From assembly GCF_000737315.1 (NCBI RefSeq), contig NZ_JMCB01000009.1, positions 124,001 to 188,000 of the forward strand: a stretch of DNA of 64,000 nt. Reading direction: 5' to 3'. Origin of the DNA: Hyalangium minutum. Its GTDB lineage: Bacteria > Myxococcota > Myxococcia > Myxococcales > Myxococcaceae. Positions 19,099 through 29,624 of this stretch are shown here, piece by piece. Each line of letters opens with the position of its first letter. The stretch's first letter is position 1. The position numbers and the translations under genes were made by a program. The notes under the pieces were generated by a model that saw nothing but the letters and a program-made list of their open reading frames with translations, searched no databases and was not told the DNA's origin.

Positions 19099-20088
19099 CT
19101 ATTTGGACGAGCGGATGACAAGGGTGAAAGGTTCATCGGGGTGCTCGGGTGGCTTGGGGCAAAGCAGTGCAGGGAGTATCTGCTTGCATGTCGAACAGGA
19201 TTCGTAGTGGCGACCGTCTTTACGCCCCTCGCTGTTGGTAGGTCCTACCCAGAACTCCGTCAGTGATTTGATAGTATAGCCGCGCTGGATCGCCTCTGAT
19301 ATCAGTTTCTGCGCTGCGCAGTTTCCCGGTTCGTTACCCTTGAAGTTGGGGGCTTTCTTGACGATGAGCCTTCTTCCTCCCACGGTTCTCCATTGCATGG
19401 GAGACGGAGGACTTGGTCTAACCGGGAACTCTTTCGGAGGCATGCCGCCGGAGTGCATCTGAAAATAGGCATCTTGAGCACCTCCAGGTGGATGACAGCG
19501 CAACACACCAGCCATGTAGCCCTTTGGCTCGCCATCGATCATTTTGGGGAGAGAACGTTTGTAGAGTTCCTGGGCGCGTGACTCGCTGAGATCATCCGAT
19601 TTTAACTCGTGAAGCTTTCCACAGATTGGACACTTCTCATCTGCCCCGTAGGTGAGATTCTCGCTTGGCATCCCAATGGCGGCGTTGCCAAGGACAGGGT
19701 TACCGCCTGTGTTGCCCGAGTTGCCGTTGTGGATACAAACATCCAGAAAGCGGACTACCCCCTTACCCTCGATTTTGACGTCGATGCTGGAACTGGCCCA
19801 AGTGACCGTCCCCTTGATTTTGGAGGAGATGAGTCCGCCACCGGCCGTGCCCCCCTCGTTGCCTGAACTGGTGCTCAGCTTGGAGGAACTGAGGGCCACT
19901 GGGTTGCCATCTATATGAACTGACTGCGTGCCTTGCGCCAGGTTCGAGTCCTGCGCGACGTTGACGTAGGGCACCGGCAAGGGCCCGCCCGGTGAGGGGG
20001 TCTTGCACACGTCTGGAGCGGGACAGGTCTGCGTCCGCCCATCGCCCTCGTGCAGCACTGAGCGGCCATTGATGTAGACCTTGGTCAT
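19099..20088 (-). CDS. PAAR-like (DUF4150) domain protein with a C-terminal deaminase-fold toxin domain
   Basis: N-terminus PDVCKTPSPGGPLPVPYVN...SSGNEGGTAGG..S...G...SIDVKIEGKGVVRFLD; C-terminus GNCAAQKL...EFWVG...SCSTC. Confidence 0.85.
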   Translation of the reverse strand: MTKVYINGRSVLHEGDGRTQTCPAPDVCKTPSPGGPLPVPYVNVAQDSNLAQGTQSVHIDGNPVALSSSKLSTSSGNEGGTAGGGLISSKIKGTVTWASSSIDVKIEGKGVVRFLDVCIHNGNSGNTGGNPVLGNAAIGMPSENLTYGADEKCPICGKLHELKSDDLSESRAQELYKRSLPKMIDGEPKGYMAGVLRCHPPGGAQDAYFQMHSGGMPPKEFPVRPSPPSPMQWRTVGGRRLIVKKAPNFKGNEPGNCAAQKLISEAIQRGYTIKSLTEFWVGPTNSEGRKDGRHYESCSTCKQILPALLCPKPPEHPDEPFTLVIRSSK

Positions 20089-20207
20089 TTATCTCCCCCG
20101 TGCAGCACTGGATGACCGCCTGAACTGCCCGACGATTTCAGCGCCCGGCAAGCAGGTCAACTGGCCAAGCTGGCTCTTACATAGGGTAGAACAAAGCGCT
20201 CCTCGGT

Positions 20208-20897
20208 CTATCGGTTCTCTAGGCGCGAGACCTTTGCGTGGAGACGGACGAGCCGCTGCTCGCGGTCCTTGGCGAGGTGCAGTGAGCGGTGACAGTTCGG
20301 ACAGAGCGCAACGGAGTTCTCGGCCGTGTCAGCGCCACCCTCCGCGAGCGTCTTGACGTGATGGACTTCGAGGAAGGGGGCGCCGTCCTTGTCCTCGAAC
20401 GGTGCGGGGTGGTCGCAGAGCTCGCACTTGCCACCTGCCTCTTCGAGGACGTATGCGCGAACAAGAGGGTCGCGCTTGAAGACCTTGGAGGTCACCGATG
20501 TCGACTCGGGTGTCTCCCGACCTTTGGGTTTCTCCAGGGGACCGAGTGCCTTCGCCAGCTTGGTACTCTTGTCGAGTTCCACAGGGTCCGACGTCGGGCT
20601 GAGCGGAATCAGCCCCTCCGCCGCACGCAGCACCGCAGGGACCAGCGCTGCTGGATAATTGGGATAGGGCACGTATCCCTTGAGCCACGGAAGATGACGC
20701 TCTTGCAGCACTGCCGAGATGTTGCCGAACCTCATCTCAACCGCGCCCTTCGTGCGGTTCTGGAGGGCGGTAGCGAGCAGGCTGCGAATGAAGTCCGCCT
20801 TCACGAACGGCTCGTCGCGCTCGTGCATGCGGTACATTTCGAAGTATGCGGCGACGGTTGCGTCAATCTCCGCCGGGGTCCAGTCGTTGCGGGCCAT
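20208..20897 (-). CDS. HNH endonuclease, McrA-like (candidate type IV restriction nuclease)
   Basis: CELC...FLEVHHV..LAEGGAD..EN.VALCPNCHR.LH, with an N-terminal WT..E....V.AYF.M domain. Confidence 0.85.
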   Translation of the reverse strand: MARNDWTPAEIDATVAAYFEMYRMHERDEPFVKADFIRSLLATALQNRTKGAVEMRFGNISAVLQERHLPWLKGYVPYPNYPAALVPAVLRAAEGLIPLSPTSDPVELDKSTKLAKALGPLEKPKGRETPESTSVTSKVFKRDPLVRAYVLEEAGGKCELCDHPAPFEDKDGAPFLEVHHVKTLAEGGADTAENSVALCPNCHRSLHLAKDREQRLVRLHAKVSRLENR

Positions 20898-20972
20898 TGC
20901 CCGAAACTCTATGCCAACGCGCTCCCCTCAAAACATGGTCGCCGTCTTGGACAGAGGATACGAGGCACGAAG

Positions 20973-21839
20973 TCAGCGCCGCCGCCCCTGTGACTCCGCG
21001 CTGAAGGTGTCGCACGCTTCGAGTGTGCCCTGCTCCAGCCCCCGGCGGAACCAGTAGACGCGCTGTTCGGAGGAGCCGTGCGTGAAAGACTCGGGGACCA
21101 CGCGGCCCTGCGCCTGCCGCTGCAGCGTGTCGTCACCGATGGCCGACGCCGCCGCCAGCCCCTCCTCCACGTCGCCCTGCTCCAGGATGTTCCGCTGGCG
21201 CTGCGCATGGTGCGCCCAGATGCCGGCGAAGCAGTCCGCCTGAAGTTCCTGCAGCACGGACAGAGCGTTGGAGTCCGCCCCCCGCATGCGGCCGCGCATC
21301 GAGTGCACGCGCTCGGAGATGCCGAGCAGGTTCTGCACGTGGTGGCCCACCTCGTGCGCCACCACGTACGCTTCCGCGAAGTCACCCGGCGCGCCGAAGC
21401 GGCGATCCAGCTCGTTGAAGAAGCTCAGGTCCAGGTACACGCGCTGGTCCATCGGGCAGTAGAACGGCCCCATCGCGCTCTCGCCCATGCCGCAGCCCGA
21501 CTCCACCGCGTCCGAGAAAATGACCAGGCGCGGGTTCGTATACTGCACGCCCTGAGCCTCCAGCAGCGCCGGCCACGTATCTTCCGTGTCCGCGAGGATG
21601 ACGGAGACGAAGTCCTTGAGCTGCTCCTGCGCCGGGTCCACCGGCCGCCCCGAGCCCCCCACGCCGTCCCCACCCGAGGGACTCGTTGTGTCGATACTGG
21701 AAGGATCTCCTCCCAACAGCATCACCAACAGGGCCACCACGATGCCTGCGGCCCCACCTCCCACCGCCAGGGGGCGGCCCACGCCCATGCCCCGGCGATC
21801 CTCGACGTTCGTGCTACGGCGTCCCCCCTGCCAGTTCAT
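20973..21839 (-). CDS. Neutral zinc metallopeptidase, YpfJ-like
   Basis: WQGGRRSTNVEDRRG, GPFYCPMD, AHEVGHHVQ, ELQADCFAG, FTHGSSEQR. Confidence 0.92.
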   Translation of the reverse strand: MNWQGGRRSTNVEDRRGMGVGRPLAVGGGAAGIVVALLVMLLGGDPSSIDTTSPSGGDGVGGSGRPVDPAQEQLKDFVSVILADTEDTWPALLEAQGVQYTNPRLVIFSDAVESGCGMGESAMGPFYCPMDQRVYLDLSFFNELDRRFGAPGDFAEAYVVAHEVGHHVQNLLGISERVHSMRGRMRGADSNALSVLQELQADCFAGIWAHHAQRQRNILEQGDVEEGLAAASAIGDDTLQRQAQGRVVPESFTHGSSEQRVYWFRRGLEQGTLEACDTFSAESQGRRR

Positions 21840-21965
21840 CTCGCCCCTCCCGAGCCCGCTGCTCGCCCCAAGGTATGCAGTCAGGGGTCAGCCTTCGAGG
21901 GAAGCCAAGCTCGTGCGCTGGGAATACAAGCAAGCAGGCCAGGGTTCGGCCGTTCTTCTAGATAC

Positions 21966-23285
21966 ATGAGCTCCTCTCATTCCACTGTGGCCGCGCCTCT
22001 CGCAGAAGCCCGTCCCGTCGATGACACCGAGCGGCTGATCCTCCTCGACGCACTGCGTGGGTTCGCGCTGTGTGGCGTCTTCGTCTCCAACACCTATATG
22101 TGGTTCAGCGGACGGTTCCTGCTGACCCGTGCCCAGATCGAGTCCTTCCTGGCTCAGGCCTCGCTCGCGGATTTGGTGACCACCCGGGGAACGGCGTTCC
22201 TGGTGTTCGGGAAGTTCATCACCCTCTTCTCCTTCCTTTTCGGCCTCGGCTTCGCCGTGCAGATGGGACGCGCCGAGCAGCGGGGCGGCTCGATCGTTCC
22301 GCTCTACGCCCGCCGAGTGGGAGTGCTGGTGCTCATCGGCCTGGCACACGGGTGGCTGCTCTGGTTCGGCGACATCCTCTCCACCTATGCAGTGCTGGGC
22401 TTCACGCTGCTGCTGTTCCGGAAGCGCTCGGACAAGACCCTGCTCATCTGGTCCGCGGTGCTGATCTTCCTCGTGCCGCTCCTCATCGAGAATCTCCCTC
22501 GGCTGAAGGAGATCTTCGGCTCAACGGCGGACGCGGAGGCCGCTGCCAAGGTGATGCGGGAGCAGCGAGAGGCGGTCAAAGCTCAAGTCCTGGTGGGCTT
22601 CCAGAGCAACAGCTACTTCGATCTCGTACGAGCCAACGCCCTCTTCTACAAGGGCTTCCTCCAGGGCGTGTTCATGACGATGCCCTCCATCCTCGGGCGG
22701 TTCCTGCTGGGGCTGGTCGCGGGCCGCCATCGGATCTTCCACGAGCCCTCGAAACACCTGCCGCTGCTGCGCAAGGTGCTCATCTGGGGACTCATCACGG
22801 GCATCATCGGCAATGGCTCCAGCACCGTGATGTCGATCCTCTTCGCCCAGAAGATCCTGAACCCGGACACCCTCCCGTGGCTCCCCTTCGTGATGTGGCC
22901 CGTCCGCCAAATCGGCGAACTGGGGCTCGCCGCGTTCTACGTGACGGGCATCACCCTGCTCTTCCAGCGCGCCACCTGGCAGCGTGTGCTCTCGGTGCTC
23001 GCGCCGGTGGGCCGCATGGCCCTGTCGAACTACCTGTCGCAGACCGTGCTCAGCCTCTTCATCTGGTACGGGATCGGGCTGGGGCTCACCACCACGCTCG
23101 GGCCCAAGGTGACCGTGGTCCTGCCCCTGGGCATCTTCGCAATCCAGGTCATCCTGAGCCACCTGTGGTTGGCGCGCTTCCGCTTCGGCCCCGCTGAGTG
23201 GGTGTGGCGCTCGCTCACCTACGGCAAGGCACAGCCCCTTCGGCGCGCTCCCACTCCGGAGCCCAGCGCAGCAACCGCCGTGTAA
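21966..23285 (+). CDS. DUF418 (YeiB-like) membrane protein
   Basis: R...LDALRGFALCG, GKFITLFSFLFG, GRMALSNYLSQT, FRFGPAEWVWRSLTYG. Confidence 0.9.
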   Translation: MSSSHSTVAAPLAEARPVDDTERLILLDALRGFALCGVFVSNTYMWFSGRFLLTRAQIESFLAQASLADLVTTRGTAFLVFGKFITLFSFLFGLGFAVQMGRAEQRGGSIVPLYARRVGVLVLIGLAHGWLLWFGDILSTYAVLGFTLLLFRKRSDKTLLIWSAVLIFLVPLLIENLPRLKEIFGSTADAEAAAKVMREQREAVKAQVLVGFQSNSYFDLVRANALFYKGFLQGVFMTMPSILGRFLLGLVAGRHRIFHEPSKHLPLLRKVLIWGLITGIIGNGSSTVMSILFAQKILNPDTLPWLPFVMWPVRQIGELGLAAFYVTGITLLFQRATWQRVLSVLAPVGRMALSNYLSQTVLSLFIWYGIGLGLTTTLGPKVTVVLPLGIFAIQVILSHLWLARFRFGPAEWVWRSLTYGKAQPLRRAPTPEPSAATAV

Positions 23286-23381
23286 GCAGGCACGGGTTCC
23301 TGGGGCACGGCGGGCGGCGCGAGGAGGGGCGATCCCCGATCGATTCCTCCTCCTCGTTGGTCTAGCCTGAGGACAGGACCC

Positions 23382-24014
23382 ATGCCTTCCGCACAGATCG
23401 TCCCCACCCTCCTCGCTCGCCTGCGCCAGGCGCATCCGGACGCGCGCTACGAGCTCAACTGGTCCACGCCCTTCGAGTTGCTCGTGGCCACCATCCTCGC
23501 CGCGCAGTGCACGGACGAGCGCGTCAACCGCGTCACGGCCACCCTCTTCCAGAAGTACTCGGGCCCCCAGGCCTTCGCCGAGGCCAACACCCCCGAGCTC
23601 GAGGAGGACCTGAGGCCCACGGGCTTCTACAAGCAGAAAGCCAAGTCGGTTCAGAACATGAGCCGCGAGCTGCTGGCGAAGTTCGGCGGCGAGGTGCCTC
23701 GCACCATCGAGGGGCTCGTGACGCTGCCCGGCGTGGCCCGGAAGACGGCCAACGTGGTGCTCAACACCGCCTTCAACCTGCCCTCCGGCATCATCGTGGA
23801 CACCCACGTGGCGCGCGTCAGCCAGCGACTGGGGCTCACGAAGAAAGAGAAGCCCGAGGACATCGAGCAGGACTTGATGAAGCTCGTCCCCCAGGATCAG
23901 TGGACGTTCTTCGGGCCCGCCACCGTGCTCCACGGGCGCTACACCTGCACAGCCCGCAAGCCGAAGTGCGAGGAGTGCCCCTTCAACGATCTCTGCCCGA
24001 AGATCGGAGTCTAG
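23382..24014 (+). CDS. nth: Endonuclease III
   Basis: LLVATILAAQCTD, HhH LPGVARKTANVV, VDTHV, Fe-S motif C-x6-C-x2-C-x5-C. Confidence 0.95.
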   Translation: MPSAQIVPTLLARLRQAHPDARYELNWSTPFELLVATILAAQCTDERVNRVTATLFQKYSGPQAFAEANTPELEEDLRPTGFYKQKAKSVQNMSRELLAKFGGEVPRTIEGLVTLPGVARKTANVVLNTAFNLPSGIIVDTHVARVSQRLGLTKKEKPEDIEQDLMKLVPQDQWTFFGPATVLHGRYTCTARKPKCEECPFNDLCPKIGV

Positions 24015-24016
24015 GC

Positions 24017-24823
24017 ATGTCCGAGTGGGCCGGACCGAGCGTACCCGCCTGCGCGCTCCACCCGGATCGCACGGCCGTGGCTCCCTGCAGCCGCTGCGGC
24101 ACCTTCTCGTGCGAGGAGTGCCTCCAACAGACGCCCGTGGGGCAGGCCCCCCTCTGCGCAGCCTGCATGGAGCGCCTGTCCATCAGCCAGCTCCCGTGGG
24201 ATCACCGCGAGGATCTGGGCTGGGCGCGGGCCTGGTTCAAGTCCTTGGGGGCCGTCCTCCTGCGCCCGGGCGTGACGTTCGCCACCGCGAAGCCAGAGGG
24301 AGACTTGGGAGGCTCGCTGCTGTTCGCATTCCTGGCGTGGCTCACCGCGCTCGTGCCCACCTTCGTGGTGTTCGCCCTCGCCGGAGCCCTGATCCCGTCC
24401 CTCATCGGGGACACGGGAACCAAGCCGGAGATCCGAGCCATCCTCCTGAGCTCGTTTGGCGTCGCGATCCTGATCGTGCTCCTGCTCGCCCTCTTCGGCA
24501 CGTTCTTCACCTTCATCGGTGCCGCCATCGAGCATGTGACACTGCTGTTGCTCGGAAAGCCTCGGGGGTTCGAGACCACGCTGCGTGCGGCCTCCCTCTC
24601 CCTGGCGCCCTTCGTGCTCGGGCTCATCCCAATCTGCGGCATGTACGTCGCCCCGATCTGGGCCATCATCGCGAAGGTCTTCGCCTTCATGGGCCTGCAC
24701 CGCACGAGCGCAGGGATTGCCGTGGTGGGCGCGCTCGCGGTCCCAGCGTTCTTCCTCCTGATCGGCTGCGCGCTCTCTGGGGTCGCCTGGGTCGTCGCGA
24801 TGACGGCCGGAGCCACCCAGTAG
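24017..24823 (+). CDS. YIP1-like membrane protein with an N-terminal B-box-type zinc finger
   Basis: CALHPDRTAVAPCSRCGTFSCEEC followed by about 5 hydrophobic segments. Confidence 0.7.
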   Translation: MSEWAGPSVPACALHPDRTAVAPCSRCGTFSCEECLQQTPVGQAPLCAACMERLSISQLPWDHREDLGWARAWFKSLGAVLLRPGVTFATAKPEGDLGGSLLFAFLAWLTALVPTFVVFALAGALIPSLIGDTGTKPEIRAILLSSFGVAILIVLLLALFGTFFTFIGAAIEHVTLLLLGKPRGFETTLRAASLSLAPFVLGLIPICGMYVAPIWAIIAKVFAFMGLHRTSAGIAVVGALAVPAFFLLIGCALSGVAWVVAMTAGATQ

Positions 24824-24841
24824 CCCGCCGCGCCTCCCGGC

Positions 24842-25671
<830 letters not shown>

Positions 25672-25675
<4 letters not shown>

Positions 25676-26655
25676 CGACGGGCCTCCACCATCCGGCCGC
25701 GGACGTAGGTGTTCACGAGCACGGCGGTGATCAACATCGCCCCGAGGAAGACCTTGTACCAGTCCGAGTCCACCCCCGCGAACACGATGCCCTGCTGCAC
25801 CATGCCGAACAGGAGCGCTCCGAACGCGGCGCCCACCACCGAGCCATGCCCGCCGGTGAGCAGCGTCCCCCCAAGAACGGCGGCCAGGATGGCCTCCAGC
25901 TCCTTGCCCGTGCCGCGCAGCACGTCCGAGCCGGTGAACTTCACGGCCTGGAACGTGGCGATCAGGCAGGCGCAGAACGAGGTCGTCATGAACAGCGCAA
26001 TCTTCACCTTGGGCACGGGGACGCCCAGGTTCCGGGCAGCGTCCGGGGCCCCACCCGCGCCGAAGATCCAGTTGCCGGAGCGCGTGCGCAGCAGCACCCA
26101 GCTCGCCAGCACGGTGATGGCCACCCACCAGAGGATGGAGACGGAGAAGCCTCCGATGCGGCTGGCGAAGAGGGTCTGGGCCGAGCCGTAGTGCAGCGCC
26201 TCGTGCAGCCCACCGACCTGGGTGCGGCCGGTCACGAGGCGGGTCATTCCAATGGTGCTCCCGCTCAGGATGAACAGCGAGCCGAGCGTGACGATGAACG
26301 AGGGCAGCTTCGTGCGGACGACCACCAGCCCGTTGGCGAAGCCCACCCCGAGCGACAGCACCAGGGCCACGGCGATGGCGGCCCAGATGGACCAGCCCAG
26401 CCGCTCGCACAGCAGGGAGATGGTCATCCCGCTGGCGGCGATCATGGAACCGACGGAGAGATCGAACTCTCCGGCGATCATCAACAGCGAGACAGCGGCG
26501 GCCAGGATCCCCAGCTCCGAGGCAATCTCGAGATACGTCGCGGAGCCGGCCTGGGACAGAAAGCCGGACCCGCCCGCATAGAGGGCGAAGAAGGCCCAGA
26601 CGGCCACGACGCCACAGGCAGCGCCAAGCTCGGGGCGATTGAGGATTCTGCGCAT
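25672..26655 (-). CDS. Sugar ABC transporter permease
   Basis: [39 protein letters not shown]. Confidence 0.92.
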
Positions 26656-26661
26656 GTACTC

Positions 26662-27666
26662 CTACCGGATGCCTTGCTTGCTGAGCTCGATGACGCGAGC
26701 CGCGTTCTCCTTCGTCACGAAGCCCGGGCCCGTCGGGAGGATGCCACCGGCGGGCAGCACCCCATACTGCTTGTACTGGGCCAGGACCACGATCGGCAGG
26801 TAGCCCTGCAGGTACTGCTGCTGGTCGATGGCGAACTCCAGCTCGCCGTCCCGGATGCCCGCGAGCACGTCCGGCGTCAAGTCGAACGTGCCCAGCTTCA
26901 CCTTGCCCACGTTGCCGCCCTGCTTGAGCGCCGCGAGCGCCGCCTTGGAGCCCAGGGGGCCGAGCGTCATGATGCCGTCCACGCCCTGGCCCAGCGCGGC
27001 GGTGACCTTGGACTGGGAGTCCGTGGGGTCCGCCGCGTTCACCGCGAGCACCTTGCCCGTGCCGCCCGCCTTGGTGATGGCGTCCAGGAAGCCCTTGCAG
27101 CGCAGGTCCAGCGAGGCATTGCCCACCTCATGGTTGACGCAGAGCGCGTTCTTCACGCCCGCGGCGGCCATCTTCTCGCCACCGCCGAAGCCGGCGTCGT
27201 ACTCGGTCTGGCCTACGTGGAGCAGCACGCCGAGCGACTTGTACACGTCACTACCGGAGTTGATGGAGATGACGGGGATGCCCGCGGCCACGGCGGCCTT
27301 GATGGAGTTGGAGAGCGCGTTGGCGTCGGGGATGGAGACCACCAGGCCGTCCGGCTTCTTGGCGACCTCGGCGTCGATCAGGCGGCTCATGGCCACCATG
27401 TCGAAGGTCTGCGGCGAGTTGTAGGTGACGGTGGCGCCGGTGTCCTTGGCGGCGTTCTCCACGCCGTTCTTCACCACGGACCAGAAGGTGTCGGACGCCT
27501 GGCCGTGGGTGACGACGGCGATCTTGATGTCCTTCTTCGGGGCGCTCGGGGCCTGGGCAGTGCCCTCCTGGCCGGCGGGCTTGGCGGCCTCGGGCTTGGT
27601 ACAGGCCGAGGCCAGGACGATGGCCAGACATCCGATCAGTGTCCGCACACTCTGGTAACCGCGCAT
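26662..27666 (-). CDS. Sugar ABC transporter substrate-binding lipoprotein
   Basis: Lipobox [34 protein letters not shown]. Confidence 0.9.
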   Translation of the reverse strand: MRGYQSVRTLIGCLAIVLASACTKPEAAKPAGQEGTAQAPSAPKKDIKIAVVTHGQASDTFWSVVKNGVENAAKDTGATVTYNSPQTFDMVAMSRLIDAEVAKKPDGLVVSIPDANALSNSIKAAVAAGIPVISINSGSDVYKSLGVLLHVGQTEYDAGFGGGEKMAAAGVKNALCVNHEVGNASLDLRCKGFLDAITKAGGTGKVLAVNAADPTDSQSKVTAALGQGVDGIMTLGPLGSKAALAALKQGGNVGKVKLGTFDLTPDVLAGIRDGELEFAIDQQQYLQGYLPIVVLAQYKQYGVLPAGGILPTGPGFVTKENAARVIELSKQGIR

Positions 27667-27827
27667 AGGGGTCCCCTCTCAGGTAAACGGGGCGGCAATC
27701 TATCCTCTCCTCACCCTCCCAAGGGAACCCCCCAGGTCATCTTTCCCGACACGGTCCACTCCGGGTGCTGGCTGCCTGCCGTGCGAACACACTGCCGCTC
27801 GACGCGGACGGGGGACTTCGCATACCT

Positions 27828-28685
27828 ATGAGGGTGATGACTCCCCTGCCCGAGCTCCTCGTCGTCGGCCATGTCACCCGAGACTTCATCCGAGGCGAGA
27901 CCCGCCTGGGTGGAGCCGCCTCCTTCTCCGCCCGAGTCGCGGCGACGCTGGGCATCGAGACAGCGCTCGTGACGGCGGCGCCCCTGGACTTCGACTTGAT
28001 GGCGCCGCTGCGGTCGCTGCCGCGGCTGTCGATCCACGTGGTGCCGAGCCCGGCAGTGACGACCTTCGAGCTGGACTACAGCGGGCCTCGGCGCCGCGTC
28101 ATCCTGCGCGCGGTGGCCCGGACCATCCGCGCCGAGGACATTCCCGAGGCGTGGCGGGATATCCCCGTGGCGTACGTGGCGCCGGTGGCGGGCGAGTGCG
28201 ACCGGGCGCTCGTGGAGGGACTGCGCTCGAAGCAGATCTGCGCGGGGCTTCAGGGGTGGCTGCGGCGGCCGGGAGCGGATGGGACGGTAGAGCCGACCAT
28301 CGCCGGTGAGGCCTCCAGCCCCCCCAGGGGATTGGGTGCGGCCGTGTTCTCCGAAGAGGACCACCCGGAGGCGGGGTTCATCGCCGAGCAGCTGACCCGT
28401 CAGGGCCTCACGCTGGCGCTGACACGGGGCCGGAGAGGGTCCACGGTGCTGCAGGGCACGAAGCGCTGGGAGATTCCGGCGGCTCCTGCCACCGAAGTGG
28501 ACCCCACGGGTGCGGGGGACGTGTTCGGGATCGCCTTCACGCTGGCGCTGGCGCGAGGGGCCACGGCTCCCGAGGCGGCCACGGCGGCGGCAGCCATCGC
28601 GGCCCGGGTGGTCGAGGGCCCCGAGCTGGGCAACCTCTCGGCGGCGGATACGCGGCACCTGCCTCCGCCGCTCCAGGGGCGCTGA
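27828..28685 (+). CDS. PfkB family carbohydrate kinase
   Basis: GG...F, DPTGAGDVF anion-hole motif; divergent from the ABC operon. Confidence 0.85.
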   Translation: MRVMTPLPELLVVGHVTRDFIRGETRLGGAASFSARVAATLGIETALVTAAPLDFDLMAPLRSLPRLSIHVVPSPAVTTFELDYSGPRRRVILRAVARTIRAEDIPEAWRDIPVAYVAPVAGECDRALVEGLRSKQICAGLQGWLRRPGADGTVEPTIAGEASSPPRGLGAAVFSEEDHPEAGFIAEQLTRQGLTLALTRGRRGSTVLQGTKRWEIPAAPATEVDPTGAGDVFGIAFTLALARGATAPEAATAAAAIAARVVEGPELGNLSAADTRHLPPPLQGR

Positions 28686-28694
28686 CTCAACGCG

Positions 28695-29582
28695 TCAGGG
28701 CTTGCCCAAGCCAGCCTTCTCCGCCGCAAGCGTTCCGAGCGCGGACCAGTCCTGCTCGCCCATGCCTCGGGCGACGGCCTCCACGTATTGGTCGCGGACG
28801 ACGCTGGCGATGGGCATGGGCACATGGGCGCTGCCCGCAGCCTGGAGGACCAGCCCCACGTCCTTGAGCCCCAGCCGGAGGGCGAAGCCCGCGGGCTCGT
28901 ACTGGCCGGAAGCGACCAGGGAGGCGTAGCGACCGAAGATGGGCGAGTTGGCGAAGACGGACTGGTAGAGCTCCAGGAACGTCTTGGCCTCGATGCCGTG
29001 CTTGCGAGTGAGGGCGAACACCTCCGCGCAGGCCTCGATCATGGTGGCGATGAGGAAGTTGCCGGACAGCTTCGCCACGTTTGAAGCGGAGGGCTTCTCT
29101 CCGAGCACGGTGAGCCCCCGGCCGATGGCCTCCAGGAGCGGCCGGACGCGCTCCACGTCCGCCTTGGCGCCCGCGGCCAGGACCCAGAGCTGCTTGGCCT
29201 CGGCGGCATCAGGCCTGCCGAAGACGGGCGAGGACACGTACCCCTGCCCTGCCTGGGCGTGGGCCTGGGTGAGCCGCTCGGAGAGCGCGACGGAGATGGT
29301 GCTCGAGGAGATGTGGATGGCGCCCTTGTCGAGCCCGGCGAGGATGCCGTCGTCTCCCCAGCTCACCTCCTCCAGAGCGTGATCGTCCGCGAGCATGGTG
29401 AAGACTGCCTGGGCGCCTTGAGCCGCCTCGCGGGGCGTCTTGGCGACGCGCGCTCCTTGCGAACGCAGCGCCTCCGCCTTGGACTGCGAGCGGTTGTAGA
29501 CCGTGAGCTCGTGTCCAGCCTTGATGAGGTTGCGGGCCATGGCCTGGCCCATGTTTCCGAGTCCGACGAAGCCAATCTTCAT
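28695..29582 (-). CDS. NAD(P)-dependent oxidoreductase, 3-hydroxyisobutyrate dehydrogenase family
   Basis: IGFVGLGNMG, YNRS, SSPVFG, AKLSGN, LGLKDV. Confidence 0.9.
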   Translation of the reverse strand: MKIGFVGLGNMGQAMARNLIKAGHELTVYNRSQSKAEALRSQGARVAKTPREAAQGAQAVFTMLADDHALEEVSWGDDGILAGLDKGAIHISSSTISVALSERLTQAHAQAGQGYVSSPVFGRPDAAEAKQLWVLAAGAKADVERVRPLLEAIGRGLTVLGEKPSASNVAKLSGNFLIATMIEACAEVFALTRKHGIEAKTFLELYQSVFANSPIFGRYASLVASGQYEPAGFALRLGLKDVGLVLQAAGSAHVPMPIASVVRDQYVEAVARGMGEQDWSALGTLAAEKAGLGKP

Positions 29583-29624
29583 GAGGTCCCTCCCGTTGAG
29601 TTGAGAGCCCCCATGTAACCTGAG

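Noticed and set aside
20049-20110. 12-bp direct repeat CGTGCAGCACTG at 20049 and 20099 around the PAAR start
   Set aside because: Short and not at plausible element ends; cannot be separated from chance.
21078-21965. N-terminal extension of the DUF418 ORF
   Set aside because: Overlaps ypfJ on the opposite strand; true start is ATG 21966.
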